In this document: piece after piece, positions 37,786-48,178 of the stretch
How positions within the stretch are numbered: the first letter of the stretch is position 1
How the letters are laid out: each line of letters starts with the position of its first letter
Origin: a virus
Lineage: Duplodnaviria; Caudoviricetes
Direction: 5' to 3' (one strand)
IMG/VR virus record: IMGVR_UViG_3300020578_000065
Location: 986 to 64,985 of that record
DNA length: 64,000 bases
Notes under the pieces: generated by a model
The model's input: the letters and a program-made list of their open reading frames with translations, nothing else
The model's database searches: none
What the model was told of the DNA's origin: nothing
Position numbers and translations under genes: made by a program

Positions 37786-40506
37786 ATGGCAGTTACAATA
37801 CAACAAGTAAACGATGCAGCCACGCAAATATTATCCTTATTTAGTAAGGCAGAAGGAAAAACTGCTGAGGCTTTAGCATTAATTCAAAATCTAGACCCTT
37901 GCTCTGCAGGTGCTAAAGCAGCATTGGATAAATCCAAAGTTATATATGACCAAGGTAAAAGCCTATTTAACAATGACCGTAAGCCACTACTTGATGCTTT
38001 GGAAAAACTAGACCAACAAGCCGAAGGTGAGGTCAAAGCAAAAAGTCAAGAGTTAATAGGGCTTACTAATCGTGAGGCTAATAGACTCGCTGCACAAGCC
38101 GGGCTTTACACAAAAACCAGAGACAGTTTCGCTGAAAAGATTGCTAAGTGTCCAAACACTACTCCACCTGCCGCTAAGCCTAATGAACCAGCCGCTAACC
38201 CTGCAGCACCTGCTACTGCCGGGACTGATCCAAAAACTAATATAACAGGCGAGGGTGACGGAGATAAAAAAACCGGTACGAACACTACGGCACCTGCGAC
38301 AGCAACCAATGCAGCGGCCACAGCCAAGGCACAAAATGATAGCCCTGGACGTAGATTATATAATCCACTTTCAGTATTTCCCTCATACACATATAATATT
38401 TCATTATATATGATAACACCTAAAGCCTATGATGAATTTACAGGGTCAGGCAGAACCATATTACCAGTAGATGGTGTAGCATTAATATGCCAATCAGGCG
38501 GAGTCAATAATGATGTACAAAAACGCGCCGTGGGTTTTACACTTGATTATTATATTGATAACTTAAGAATAGAAACATTTACTAGTGGCATGGATACTCA
38601 AACAAGTACTAATACAACCAATATAGAGTTTCAAATTAACGAACCATATGGTTTTAGTTTTATTACAAATTTGCAGCGCACCGCTGACGCCATAATTGCA
38701 GACAGCGGAGCTAAATCATTAAAAAATCCTACAAGACAATTTTTTATACTGGGTATAAGATTTACTGGTTTTAATAATGATGGCACTCCAGCATCATCAA
38801 AAGAAGATCCATTGTTTGAACGTTTCTATGATATCTATATGACTGAAGTAAAATTCAAATTAGATAATAAAGCCACAACATATAATATAAAAGCTGTGGC
38901 TTCAAGCCCTGCCGTAGCGTTTGGAACTAAACGTGGCATTTGGGACACAGGCGGAACTTTACGCGGTACTACTGTATATGACATGCTTACAAATATGATG
39001 AATCAGTTGAATAAAACTGCCGCAGATAGCGTTAAAGATATTAAAATAAAACCAAATAAGTATTCTTTTAAATTTGTTGGTGAGGGCATTGAAGAAAATC
39101 TAGAAAAACAAAAGTCTGCACCAATTTTTAGAGAAAGAATGGTTAGCGAAACTGATGTTACTAAAGCATCATTGGTAGGTACAAAACCTACCACTACAGG
39201 ATCAAAAGCAGGAGAAGAGCAAGGCAGACCAGACACTAGTGTAGGAGAATTAACCATACCTTCAGGTACGCCGATTTTACAAGCATTTGAAACTATTATT
39301 TCACGTAGCACATATATTACAAGTGCATTCAAGACAATACAAAATAATAACTTAGAACCAGATCCACAAAAAACAAATGGGGAGTTACAACAAGATACAG
39401 ACAATAAAAATTTTGTACGTTGGTATAATGTTAGCGCACAAATTAGCAACGGCAAATTTTTTGACAAAATCCAAGATTTTACATATGACATAACGTATGT
39501 GTTTCAAATTTATGAAACTCCTATTATAACAAATGCTTATAGTAACCCGGGTATTCCATATTATGGACCACACAAACGTTATAAATATTGGTTTACAGGA
39601 CAAAATAGTGAAATACTAGGTTATACACAAAATCTAGACAATACATTCTTTACCGTAGCAGTAGCTGGTCTTAATAAAGAACAAAATACAGAAACACAAC
39701 CGGGCACTCCGGTTGCCCTCGTTAAGGATGCAAATGCAACAAAAACAGATATATCTAATTTACAAGACTTTGGTAAACGTGCTTATATTACAAGTTTGTT
39801 TGATCCAGTATCACAAGCAAACGTATCAATCAAAATAATGGGAGACCCAGATTATCTTATGCCAGAAAGTACAGTGCCCATCAATAAATTATATAATAGA
39901 TTTTATGGTACACAAGATAATACTATCAACCCAAATGGTGGACAAGTTTTTATTGAAGTAGATTTTAAAGAACCGCAGGATTATAATTTTCGTTCAACCG
40001 ACGGTATAGCATTTAGTTCAACCGGCACTGGTCTTATGAGTGTTAATGAAAAAGTTCAATTTTGGAATTATCCTAAGAAAGTTGCAGATATTGTAGAAGG
40101 GGTAAGTTACCGTTTAATTAAAGTGTCAAGTAAATTTGATAAGGGTATTTTTGAACAAGATTTACAGTGTGTAATTAATACTTTCCCGGATGTTGAAGAT
40201 GATCTTGAAGAAGTAACGATCACAAGCACTAAAAAAACTATATCAAATCCGGCAAAGGGTCTAGTATCTGATCCGCCTCCCGATGCTACACAATCACAGA
40301 CAGATCCAGGGATAACCACTAATATGAAAAGTTCAGTTGGTGGACAAACACAAACAACAGCTAAAGGCGTAGCAAATGATGATAGTCAATTACAAGAAGT
40401 ACAAGTCACAAAAAGAGGACTAAGCGTTACTGCACCCACGTTTATAGATGCAGGCAATGTAAGTATTACAGCGCCAAACTTTAATCTTGGTAGAGGCAGG
40501 GGTTAA
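37786..40506 (+). CDS. Baseplate hub protein (gp27/GpD-like)
   Basis: NPLSVFPSYTYNISL, FQINEPYG, IMGDPDYL, YRLIKVSSKFDKGIFEQDL; located between the gp53-like and gp5-like genes. Confidence 0.65.
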   Translation: MAVTIQQVNDAATQILSLFSKAEGKTAEALALIQNLDPCSAGAKAALDKSKVIYDQGKSLFNNDRKPLLDALEKLDQQAEGEVKAKSQELIGLTNREANRLAAQAGLYTKTRDSFAEKIAKCPNTTPPAAKPNEPAANPAAPATAGTDPKTNITGEGDGDKKTGTNTTAPATATNAAATAKAQNDSPGRRLYNPLSVFPSYTYNISLYMITPKAYDEFTGSGRTILPVDGVALICQSGGVNNDVQKRAVGFTLDYYIDNLRIETFTSGMDTQTSTNTTNIEFQINEPYGFSFITNLQRTADAIIADSGAKSLKNPTRQFFILGIRFTGFNNDGTPASSKEDPLFERFYDIYMTEVKFKLDNKATTYNIKAVASSPAVAFGTKRGIWDTGGTLRGTTVYDMLTNMMNQLNKTAADSVKDIKIKPNKYSFKFVGEGIEENLEKQKSAPIFRERMVSETDVTKASLVGTKPTTTGSKAGEEQGRPDTSVGELTIPSGTPILQAFETIISRSTYITSAFKTIQNNNLEPDPQKTNGELQQDTDNKNFVRWYNVSAQISNGKFFDKIQDFTYDITYVFQIYETPIITNAYSNPGIPYYGPHKRYKYWFTGQNSEILGYTQNLDNTFFTVAVAGLNKEQNTETQPGTPVALVKDANATKTDISNLQDFGKRAYITSLFDPVSQANVSIKIMGDPDYLMPESTVPINKLYNRFYGTQDNTINPNGGQVFIEVDFKEPQDYNFRSTDGIAFSSTGTGLMSVNEKVQFWNYPKKVADIVEGVSYRLIKVSSKFDKGIFEQDLQCVINTFPDVEDDLEEVTITSTKKTISNPAKGLVSDPPPDATQSQTDPGITTNMKSSVGGQTQTTAKGVANDDSQLQEVQVTKRGLSVTAPTFIDAGNVSITAPNFNLGRGRG

Positions 40507-40515
40507 ATAATGTAA

Positions 40516-42207
40516 ATGCAAGACGATTTTCAAGCCAGGGGACAGCCTAAATATACAAGAGCAGATGCAGGTAGTGCACCTCTTTTGCCATATCCTGTAT
40601 GGGGTATTGTCAAATACAATTTTGATGATACTAGACAGGGCGGAATAAGAGTGTTTATAGCAGATGGTACTGGTAAGGACCCTAATTCTTCTACTAATTG
40701 GTCTAAACCAATTTATCCTATAGGTTTTTATGGCCGTACTATTGGAGAATCCCCTAAGACAGGGTTTGGTACTTTTAAAACTAATCCAGCAAGTTATGGT
40801 GTTTGGCATAGTCCACCAGACATCGGTACCAGAGTAGTTTGCATATTTATAAATGGCGATGCTAATTTTGGTTATTATTTAGGCGGTGTTTACGATCCTG
40901 ATGCCATGTATAGTCTACCTGCTATAGCAGGCTATAAAGATGTATTATTGAACGAAGCTGAAGGTCAAAGTTATGGTGGCGCAGTTGTATTACCAGTTAC
41001 AAATTTAAATGACAACAGTCCAGAAGCATCAGCACCAGAAAAATATGTTGATGCACCTAAACCTGTACATAGTTATCAAGCAAGTATATTATTTCAGCAA
41101 GGTTTAATACGTGATCCAATACGCGGTGTAATAAGCAGTAGTGCGCAGCGTGAAACTTCTAGTAGAGTAGGCTGGGGTGTAAGCACTCCAGGACGCCCTA
41201 TCTATCAAGGTGGTATGAACGATGATAATATAGCAAGCGAGTTAAAAGGCGGTGCTGACCCTGCTAAATTCAAAATTGTAGGTCGTCGAGGTGGGCATAC
41301 TTTAGTAATGGATGATGGTGATATTATAGGTAGAAATAATCTGATACGTTTAAGAACTTCTACTGGACATCAAATTACTATGAGTGATGACGGTCAAACA
41401 TTGTTTATTATACATAGTAATGGACAAAGTTATATTGAATTAGGCAAGGAAGGCACTGTAGATATCTATAGTACAAATAGTTTTAATGTTAGAACACAGG
41501 GTGATTTAAATTTACACGCAGACAGAAACATTAATATACACGCTGAAAAAAATTTGAATATACGCGCTGAAAATATACATGTACAGGCTGAAGGTACTTA
41601 TAAATTGCGTGTATTAAAAGATTATGCTGAATCTATATCAGGAAAGTTAACTTCACTAATAGCAGGAGCATATGCTGTGAAAGCAGGAGGACAAGCCAGT
41701 ATGGTTGCTGGTGCAGAAGCTTTTGTTGTTGGTACTAAAGTAAACCTTAACAGCGGCGACCCATCAACTACTCCAGAGGCAGTAGAAGCAATAAAGGCTT
41801 TTGCACAAACAGATACATTGTTTGATAAACAAAAAGGATTTATTGCAGCACCAGGAAAATTATTATCTATTGCAAGTCGTGTACCAGCACATACCCCTTG
41901 GGCTTCAGCAGGACAAGGAACTGATGCTAAAACTGATTTGGGCGCAAGTGCAAATCTGCCCGAAGCACCAAACGCAGCAGTAAGTGATGTCAACGATGCA
42001 GCAGCAAATTCAACATCGCCCAGCGCAGCTACAGCAGTAAGTTCAAGTTCAGTACAAGCAGGAACTAATGCTGTTAGCGGCGCATTAAATAAGAACGCAA
42101 CAAGCGCATTATTAGGAGCAGGCGCACAAGCAATGGCAAGCAATCCCTTAACAGCGAAGGTGCAACAAGCCAAAGCAGGCGTTGCCAAGTTGCCTGGAGG
42201 TGGATAA
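40516..42207 (+). CDS. gp5: Baseplate central spike (gp5/VgrG-like; OB fold + beta-helix), no lysozyme domain evident
   Basis: SYGVWHSPPDIGTRVVCIF, RRGGHTLVMDDG, IRLRTSTGHQI, beta-helix repeats, RVPAHTPW. Confidence 0.8.
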   Translation: MQDDFQARGQPKYTRADAGSAPLLPYPVWGIVKYNFDDTRQGGIRVFIADGTGKDPNSSTNWSKPIYPIGFYGRTIGESPKTGFGTFKTNPASYGVWHSPPDIGTRVVCIFINGDANFGYYLGGVYDPDAMYSLPAIAGYKDVLLNEAEGQSYGGAVVLPVTNLNDNSPEASAPEKYVDAPKPVHSYQASILFQQGLIRDPIRGVISSSAQRETSSRVGWGVSTPGRPIYQGGMNDDNIASELKGGADPAKFKIVGRRGGHTLVMDDGDIIGRNNLIRLRTSTGHQITMSDDGQTLFIIHSNGQSYIELGKEGTVDIYSTNSFNVRTQGDLNLHADRNINIHAEKNLNIRAENIHVQAEGTYKLRVLKDYAESISGKLTSLIAGAYAVKAGGQASMVAGAEAFVVGTKVNLNSGDPSTTPEAVEAIKAFAQTDTLFDKQKGFIAAPGKLLSIASRVPAHTPWASAGQGTDAKTDLGASANLPEAPNAAVSDVNDAAANSTSPSAATAVSSSSVQAGTNAVSGALNKNATSALLGAGAQAMASNPLTAKVQQAKAGVAKLPGGG

Positions 42208-43355
42208 TGACTAATATACCCTTAGTAGGACAGTTTGGTTTAAATCCAGAACAGATGCAAGCTGCTGGTATAATTAAGCCCGGCAGTGCTAAATTAGTAC
42301 AGGCACTAGTTGATAGTGGTAAGCCATTGGCAAACTCTATGCCAAAAAACTTGTTTACAGGCAGTCAGGGTGCAAAATCCCTAAATGATTTAAAAAACAA
42401 TTTTAATGCACAATCTTTAGCTATGACTAATGTTATGAAAAAAAGTCAAGCACAATTAATGAATGCAAAAATTATTACAGGTAAGGAAAGCCCAACTGCG
42501 ATTGCTGGTCTAGTAAATTCAACTGCTACTGTTGGTATTGGCGCTACCTTAGCAGCAGTAAAAAATTCTACTGGTAGAGGTAGAGGAGGTAGAGTAGCAA
42601 GACCACAAAGATTAGCCAGTAATCCTAAAGGGTCTATATCTAGTAATATTAATCCAGTACCACAACAACTACCATTAACAGAAGTGGATACATTAGCATT
42701 TACTGCGCCAAAAGTAACTGTACCGTCGGCTGCAGGCGGTTTAAATGCGTTAAAGGGCGCGGCAGGTGAAGCCGCAGGAAGTTTAAAGGCGGGCGCTGAT
42801 GCAGCTTTAAGCAAAATTGGAAGTGGAAATCTTGCAGGCAAGATGGCTGATGAAGTAACTTCTGGATTAGGTTCATTAAAGGATTCACTATCAGGACTAG
42901 CAGAAAGTAAGGGGTTGGCATCACTACAAGAGCAAGCAAAGGGTTTAGCCGCGTCTGCATTTGATGCTATTAAGTCTGGATTTCCATCACTACCAGCAGG
43001 TGTGCCAGTAGATGTAGAAAAAGAAGCAAAAGATGCATTCGCTAAAGTATCTGAGGCAGCAGCTGGAAAATCAGGCGACTTAACAAACAAGTTAAGCGAC
43101 TTGGCTAGTAAAGGCGGCGCATTGAAAAATGCATTATCAAAGGCGGGAGGGGAACTAACAAATAAATTAAGTGGAGGTGCAGCAGCACTAGGTAAAAATC
43201 TTCCTGGAGCAGCAGCCATAAAAGATAAGGTATCAGGATTGGCTGGCGCTGCTGCTGGTAACGTAGGGTCACTCGCATCTAAAGCAACTGGTATTCAAAA
43301 CTCTGCACAAAGTGCTGTAAGCAACTTAACAGCAAAAGTACCTGGATTAGGATAA
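42207..43355 (+). CDS. A/G/K-rich baseplate-associated protein
   Basis: TAATG-coupled to gp5; long low-complexity amphipathic region. Confidence 0.65.
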   Translation: MTNIPLVGQFGLNPEQMQAAGIIKPGSAKLVQALVDSGKPLANSMPKNLFTGSQGAKSLNDLKNNFNAQSLAMTNVMKKSQAQLMNAKIITGKESPTAIAGLVNSTATVGIGATLAAVKNSTGRGRGGRVARPQRLASNPKGSISSNINPVPQQLPLTEVDTLAFTAPKVTVPSAAGGLNALKGAAGEAAGSLKAGADAALSKIGSGNLAGKMADEVTSGLGSLKDSLSGLAESKGLASLQEQAKGLAASAFDAIKSGFPSLPAGVPVDVEKEAKDAFAKVSEAAAGKSGDLTNKLSDLASKGGALKNALSKAGGELTNKLSGGAAALGKNLPGAAAIKDKVSGLAGAAAGNVGSLASKATGIQNSAQSAVSNLTAKVPGLG

Positions 43356-44260
43356 TGTCACTATCATTAAAACAAGCAGCAACAGCAGTTAGTAGTGCCG
43401 GAGTTAATCCTAGTCAAGTCGTTGCCGCAACGGGCGGACTAGCAGGCGCATTACAGCAAGCAGCCTCAGGCGTAAATACAAAATCAGCAGCATCCGCGAG
43501 TTCTACCTTAGCAAGTGGATTAGGTAATTTACCTGGTGGAGCAGGGGCTGCAGGCGCTTTAAAAAATTTAGGTGCTGGAGCCAAAGATAAAATAGGGGCA
43601 TTAGAGGGAAAGCTTAGTGGTTTAAAGGATTCTGCGTCAGCAGCAAAAGATAAACTTAAGGGTATGAATAATAAATTAGGCGGGGCATTAGATAAATTAA
43701 AAGATGGTATTGCATCCTTGGCCACTGCTAAATTAGCTGGTATTGATATTCCAAAACTTGATATAGCTGCAGCCTTAAGCAAATCTGGATTGCCCAGCGG
43801 TATTGCGTCACAACTAGAATCACAGTTGTCAGCAATAAGTTCTGGTGGCGGTGTACCAGTCAGTATGCCAGTAATAGCAATTAATACAACAGACAGACAA
43901 GAAATCACAGCAGCAATAGATAACCTATTAGGCGATCCTAGTATACCTCCTCCTAACATGCTAGGAGAAGTGTCTGAAGAAGCGACTTCAGAATTAGAAA
44001 GTACAAACAAAATAACGATAGAACAACTACAAGAAATTGGTAGCGCTGGTAGTGCCTATACACAAGCGGCAAGCAAAGCAAGTAAAGCATATGCTAAATT
44101 TGAAAAAGCATTGCATAAATTGCCACAGGGTGATCCGCAAATTGAAGCATTAAGAGAAGAGGCTTTAAAACTAGTTCAAATATCAGACGAAAAACAAAAA
44201 ATATTTAAAGATTTGAAAGCCAAATACAAATATGATGACGGCGTCACCGTCATCTACTAA
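43355..44260 (+). CDS. A/G/S-rich baseplate-associated protein
   Basis: TAATG-coupled; helical C-terminus. Confidence 0.65.
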   Translation: MSLSLKQAATAVSSAGVNPSQVVAATGGLAGALQQAASGVNTKSAASASSTLASGLGNLPGGAGAAGALKNLGAGAKDKIGALEGKLSGLKDSASAAKDKLKGMNNKLGGALDKLKDGIASLATAKLAGIDIPKLDIAAALSKSGLPSGIASQLESQLSAISSGGGVPVSMPVIAINTTDRQEITAAIDNLLGDPSIPPPNMLGEVSEEATSELESTNKITIEQLQEIGSAGSAYTQAASKASKAYAKFEKALHKLPQGDPQIEALREEALKLVQISDEKQKIFKDLKAKYKYDDGVTVIY

Positions 44261-44270
44261 TAGACTGAGA

Positions 44271-44278
44271 TATAAATA
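44271..44278 (+). promoter_or_regulatory. T4-like late promoter TATAAATA
   Basis: Exact T4 late consensus, 5 nt before the gp25 ATG. Confidence 0.75.
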
Positions 44279-44283
44279 CTAGT

Positions 44284-44730
44284 ATGCCGCAATATATTGG
44301 ATTCAGCACAATAGCAGCAAATAAACCCAAGACTACTAACCCCCCTCCGGGAGAGTATGGCGGTCCGGGTAGTATTACTAATTCATTAATAAGCGGTAAA
44401 AAGTTTAAAATGACTGATGCGCCGTTGGTAATACAAGATTTTTTAAACGCTCTTAATATAAAACAAGGACAAAAAGTAGGCCAACCTGAATATGGTTCAC
44501 GTATTTGGGACTTTGTGTTTGAACCAAACGATTTTACAACGCAAGAAAATATCGAGGCTGAAATACGTAGAATAATAAGTCTGGACCCACGTTTACAAGT
44601 AGGTACTATAAGAGTTTATCCGCAGGAAAACGGCATATTAGTTGAACTACAACTCGCTGTATACCCTTTCAATCAGGCTGAACTTTTATCTATATTTTTC
44701 AATAGTAGAACAGGGGCTGCTAGTATCTGA
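44284..44730 (+). CDS. gp25: Baseplate wedge subunit (gp25-like)
   Basis: QDFLNALNIKQGQKVGQPEYGSRIWDFVFEP, DPRL. Confidence 0.9.
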   Translation: MPQYIGFSTIAANKPKTTNPPPGEYGGPGSITNSLISGKKFKMTDAPLVIQDFLNALNIKQGQKVGQPEYGSRIWDFVFEPNDFTTQENIEAEIRRIISLDPRLQVGTIRVYPQENGILVELQLAVYPFNQAELLSIFFNSRTGAASI

Positions 44731-44769
44731 TTCCAAAAATCACGGTTTTCCATATAGATAAATATTAGT

Positions 44770-47700
44770 ATGGCTACTAGTAGTAAACAAACCTCTTTGT
44801 TTGGTATAAATGATTGGAAGGCAATTTATCAAACTTTCCGCCAGGCCGATTTCCGTAGTTATGATTATGAAACACTACGCAAGAGTTTCATTGACTACCT
44901 ACAAACTTACTATCCAGAAACGTTTAATGACTTTACAGAATCAAGTGAATTTATAGCCTTACTTGACGTAATGGCGTTTATGGGTCAGGGTCTTGCTTTT
45001 CGAAATGACTTAAATGCTAGGGAAAACTTTTTAGATACGGCTGAACGCAGAGATAGTGTTGTTAAACTAGCCAACCTTGTTAGCTATACGCCAAAACGTA
45101 ATTTATGTGCTGAAGGTTATTTGAAAGTTACTAGTATAAGCACAACACAAAATATTACTGATCTAAATGGAGTAAACTTAAGCAATCTTCCTATATTATG
45201 GAATGACCCTGCTAATCCAAACTTTTTAGAACAATTTAATACCATTATTAATGCTACACTTGTTAATAGTCAAAAAGTAGGACGTCCAGGAAATGTCCAA
45301 GAAATTTTAGGTATAACCACTAGTGAATACAGTATAGCGATACCAGAAGGATCATTGCCTATTGCACCTTTCGTATCTACTGTTGATAATATTAGAATGA
45401 ATTTCGAACTTGTAAGCGTTACAAGTTTAGATCAACCTAATGTATATGAAATCAGTCCATCACCAAGCGGACGTTTCAATATGTTGTATAGAAACGATCA
45501 GTTAGGATTTGGTAGTCCAAATACTGGATTCTTTTTTTACTTTAAACAAGGTACATTGCTTGATTTTGATTTTGATTTACAGGAACAAATTGCAAATCAA
45601 AATATACCTATTGGTGAAATAGAAGGCGTAAATAATACAGATACATGGTTATATCAATTAAATGAAAATAATCTAGGTAGGGCAGAATGGCGTAAGGTTG
45701 AAAGTGTCTATGCTGATGCCTATCTACAAACAGAAAACAGTAATAGAACTATTTTTAGTGTTGATTCAGGCTTCAACGATAGAGTTTCATATGTATTTGG
45801 CGATGGCGTTTTTTCAAAGATTCCTGTAGGTAGTTTCCGTGCCTATGTACGCTCAAGCAACGCATTAACATATACTATAGATGTAAGTGAAATGCAAGGA
45901 TTGACTGTAGCATTTAACTATGTCAGTCGCGTAGGTAGAGTAGAAACACTTACTGTAGGATTAGCACTAACTAGTCCAGTCTCAAATGCACAGGCAAGAG
46001 AAAGCATACCAAACATCAAGCAACGTGCGCCAACTCGTTATTATACGCAAAATCGTATGGTTAACGGAGAAGATTACAATAACTTTCCTTATACTTTGTA
46101 CAGCTCAATTATTAAGTCAAAAGCAATTAATCGTAGCAGCATTGGGGTAAGTAAAAATTTAGACTTGCTGGATCCAACTGGAAAATATTCAAGCATATTA
46201 AGTTTAGGCAACGACGGCGCACTATGGCGCGATAAAACCAACTTTACTTTTGCTTTTACTTTTGACAGTACAAGCGATATTATGTTTTTCTTAACACAAT
46301 CATTAACTAATCAACTATCAAAAATAGAAAGTTATCAATACTATACGACTTATTATCCAAGATATGCTGTAACAGGAAGCGATACTAGTTTGCCTGTCTA
46401 TTGGAAAATGGCAGTGGTTGGTGCCAATTCATTAAATGGATATATTACAAATTATCCAACTTTAGAAAAAAATGCATTATCTACTGGAGTATTTACAACT
46501 AACAATTTAAAATATATAACGAAAGGTGCATTGATTAAAATATCTGCTCCTCCAGGCAAATTTTTCGATAGTAATTATAGGTTAGTAAATGGTATTCCAA
46601 AGTCCACCGACGTTACGTTTTTCTTCACTACAGTGCTTGAAGTTATAGGCGACGGCGCAAATGGCGGTGATGGTATATTTCCTAATGGTACAGGGCCAAT
46701 TACTTTAGATGGTTATGTTCCAACTGGAGCGATACTATCGCAAGTTATTCCAGCCTTTAGTAATAGTTTGCCAACTAATATTATACTTGAAGCAAAACAA
46801 AGACTTGAACTTAATGAAAGTTTTAGTCTACTGTTTAATAACAAATTAGCGATTGATCAAGATCGTTGGTCGATACATCCTGTGGATACGAATAATAGTT
46901 TTGTAAAATTTATTAGTCAAAATATACCAAATAGTTATATTGTTGAAGTAAAATCACTAGAATATTATTTTGGTAGTGTAGACGACGTAAGGTTTAGTTT
47001 CCCACAAAACGAATTAGTTTACGATCCATTCTCCGGTACTGTGCTGCAAGACAATGTTAACGTATTAGGTATTAATACTGTTGTTGATACTAGCACACCA
47101 TTGGCAAAAGACTACAAAATAAATATTACAGGACAAACTATTGAAAGCGACGGGTATATTAATGATTATGAAGTATCTGTAAGTACTACCAGTGATAACA
47201 ATGGAACACTAGTTACTAATCCTGATTTTTTTAGTGAAATTACTGGATTTACATATACAACAAATGCAACTACTGGTTTCAAAACTGATGCTACAAATAC
47301 AAATAGATATGTATTTTTTGAAACTATTCAAGATGCTATAAATTTAACTAGACAACAAATTTTGCCCTCAAAGGATGTAGTAGATTTATACGCAATTAAA
47401 TCTGACATTGAAGTTATAAAATATGAATATCCCGAAAAAACATTATTCTATGCTTTTAGTGAAAATAAATTTTACAAAACTTTTCAGGATCCAGAAGTTA
47501 CAACACAATCATATATATTAAAAGAAATGTCAAACTATAGTATTATGTATGGTAGACAGGGTCTTACTTACAAATACACTCACAATTCTAATAATACTGT
47601 GCGTATTGATCCGGCAACAACAAACATTATTGATTTGTATTTGGTTACACAGGAATACTATACAGCCTATACAAATTATATACAAGATACTACAAACACT

Positions 47701-48177
47701 ATTAGTAAACCTGCTCAACCAACTATTACAGAACTTAACGCTAGCTATGAAAAATTACAATTTTATAAAATGGTCAGTGATAGTATGATTATGAATAGTG
47801 TAACTTTCAAGCCATTATTTGGACCTAAGGCAGCGAAGGCATTACAGGGTACAATTAAAATTATTAAGAATTCAATTTCAACCGCTAGTGATAGTGAAAT
47901 TCGTAGTGCTGTGATTACTTCTATGAATGAATATTTTAATATACAAAACTGGAACTTTGGTGATACATTTTACTTTAGTGAACTATCAGCATATCTACAT
48001 AATGAAATAGGAGACTTAGTAAGTTCAGCAGTAATCGTGCCCAATGATCCAAATGAATCGTTTGGTGATTTATATGAAATTAAATGTCAACCTTATGAAA
48101 TTTTTGTTAACGCTGCGACGGCTAATGACATTGTAATAATTGCAGCACTTACTCCTGATCAGTTAAGGGCAGTGTAA
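44770..48177 (+). CDS. gp6: Baseplate wedge subunit (gp6-like)
   Basis: FRSYDYETLR, ARENFLDTAERRDSV..LA..V.Y.PKR, FGDGVF.KIP, QNRMVNGEDY; GATAAATA at 44757-44764. Confidence 0.88.
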   Translation: MATSSKQTSLFGINDWKAIYQTFRQADFRSYDYETLRKSFIDYLQTYYPETFNDFTESSEFIALLDVMAFMGQGLAFRNDLNARENFLDTAERRDSVVKLANLVSYTPKRNLCAEGYLKVTSISTTQNITDLNGVNLSNLPILWNDPANPNFLEQFNTIINATLVNSQKVGRPGNVQEILGITTSEYSIAIPEGSLPIAPFVSTVDNIRMNFELVSVTSLDQPNVYEISPSPSGRFNMLYRNDQLGFGSPNTGFFFYFKQGTLLDFDFDLQEQIANQNIPIGEIEGVNNTDTWLYQLNENNLGRAEWRKVESVYADAYLQTENSNRTIFSVDSGFNDRVSYVFGDGVFSKIPVGSFRAYVRSSNALTYTIDVSEMQGLTVAFNYVSRVGRVETLTVGLALTSPVSNAQARESIPNIKQRAPTRYYTQNRMVNGEDYNNFPYTLYSSIIKSKAINRSSIGVSKNLDLLDPTGKYSSILSLGNDGALWRDKTNFTFAFTFDSTSDIMFFLTQSLTNQLSKIESYQYYTTYYPRYAVTGSDTSLPVYWKMAVVGANSLNGYITNYPTLEKNALSTGVFTTNNLKYITKGALIKISAPPGKFFDSNYRLVNGIPKSTDVTFFFTTVLEVIGDGANGGDGIFPNGTGPITLDGYVPTGAILSQVIPAFSNSLPTNIILEAKQRLELNESFSLLFNNKLAIDQDRWSIHPVDTNNSFVKFISQNIPNSYIVEVKSLEYYFGSVDDVRFSFPQNELVYDPFSGTVLQDNVNVLGINTVVDTSTPLAKDYKINITGQTIESDGYINDYEVSVSTTSDNNGTLVTNPDFFSEITGFTYTTNATTGFKTDATNTNRYVFFETIQDAINLTRQQILPSKDVVDLYAIKSDIEVIKYEYPEKTLFYAFSENKFYKTFQDPEVTTQSYILKEMSNYSIMYGRQGLTYKYTHNSNNTVRIDPATTNIIDLYLVTQEYYTAYTNYIQDTTNTISKPAQPTITELNASYEKLQFYKMVSDSMIMNSVTFKPLFGPKAAKALQGTIKIIKNSISTASDSEIRSAVITSMNEYFNIQNWNFGDTFYFSELSAYLHNEIGDLVSSAVIVPNDPNESFGDLYEIKCQPYEIFVNAATANDIVIIAALTPDQLRAV

Positions 48178-48178
48178 A

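Noticed and set aside
41622-44010. Long antisense ORFs (41622-42188, 42446-43219, 43414-44010) and similar ones opposite clpA, TMP and the collagen genes
   Set aside because: These are shadow frames of A/G-rich or codon-biased sense genes, with no starts, RBS or motifs of their own.
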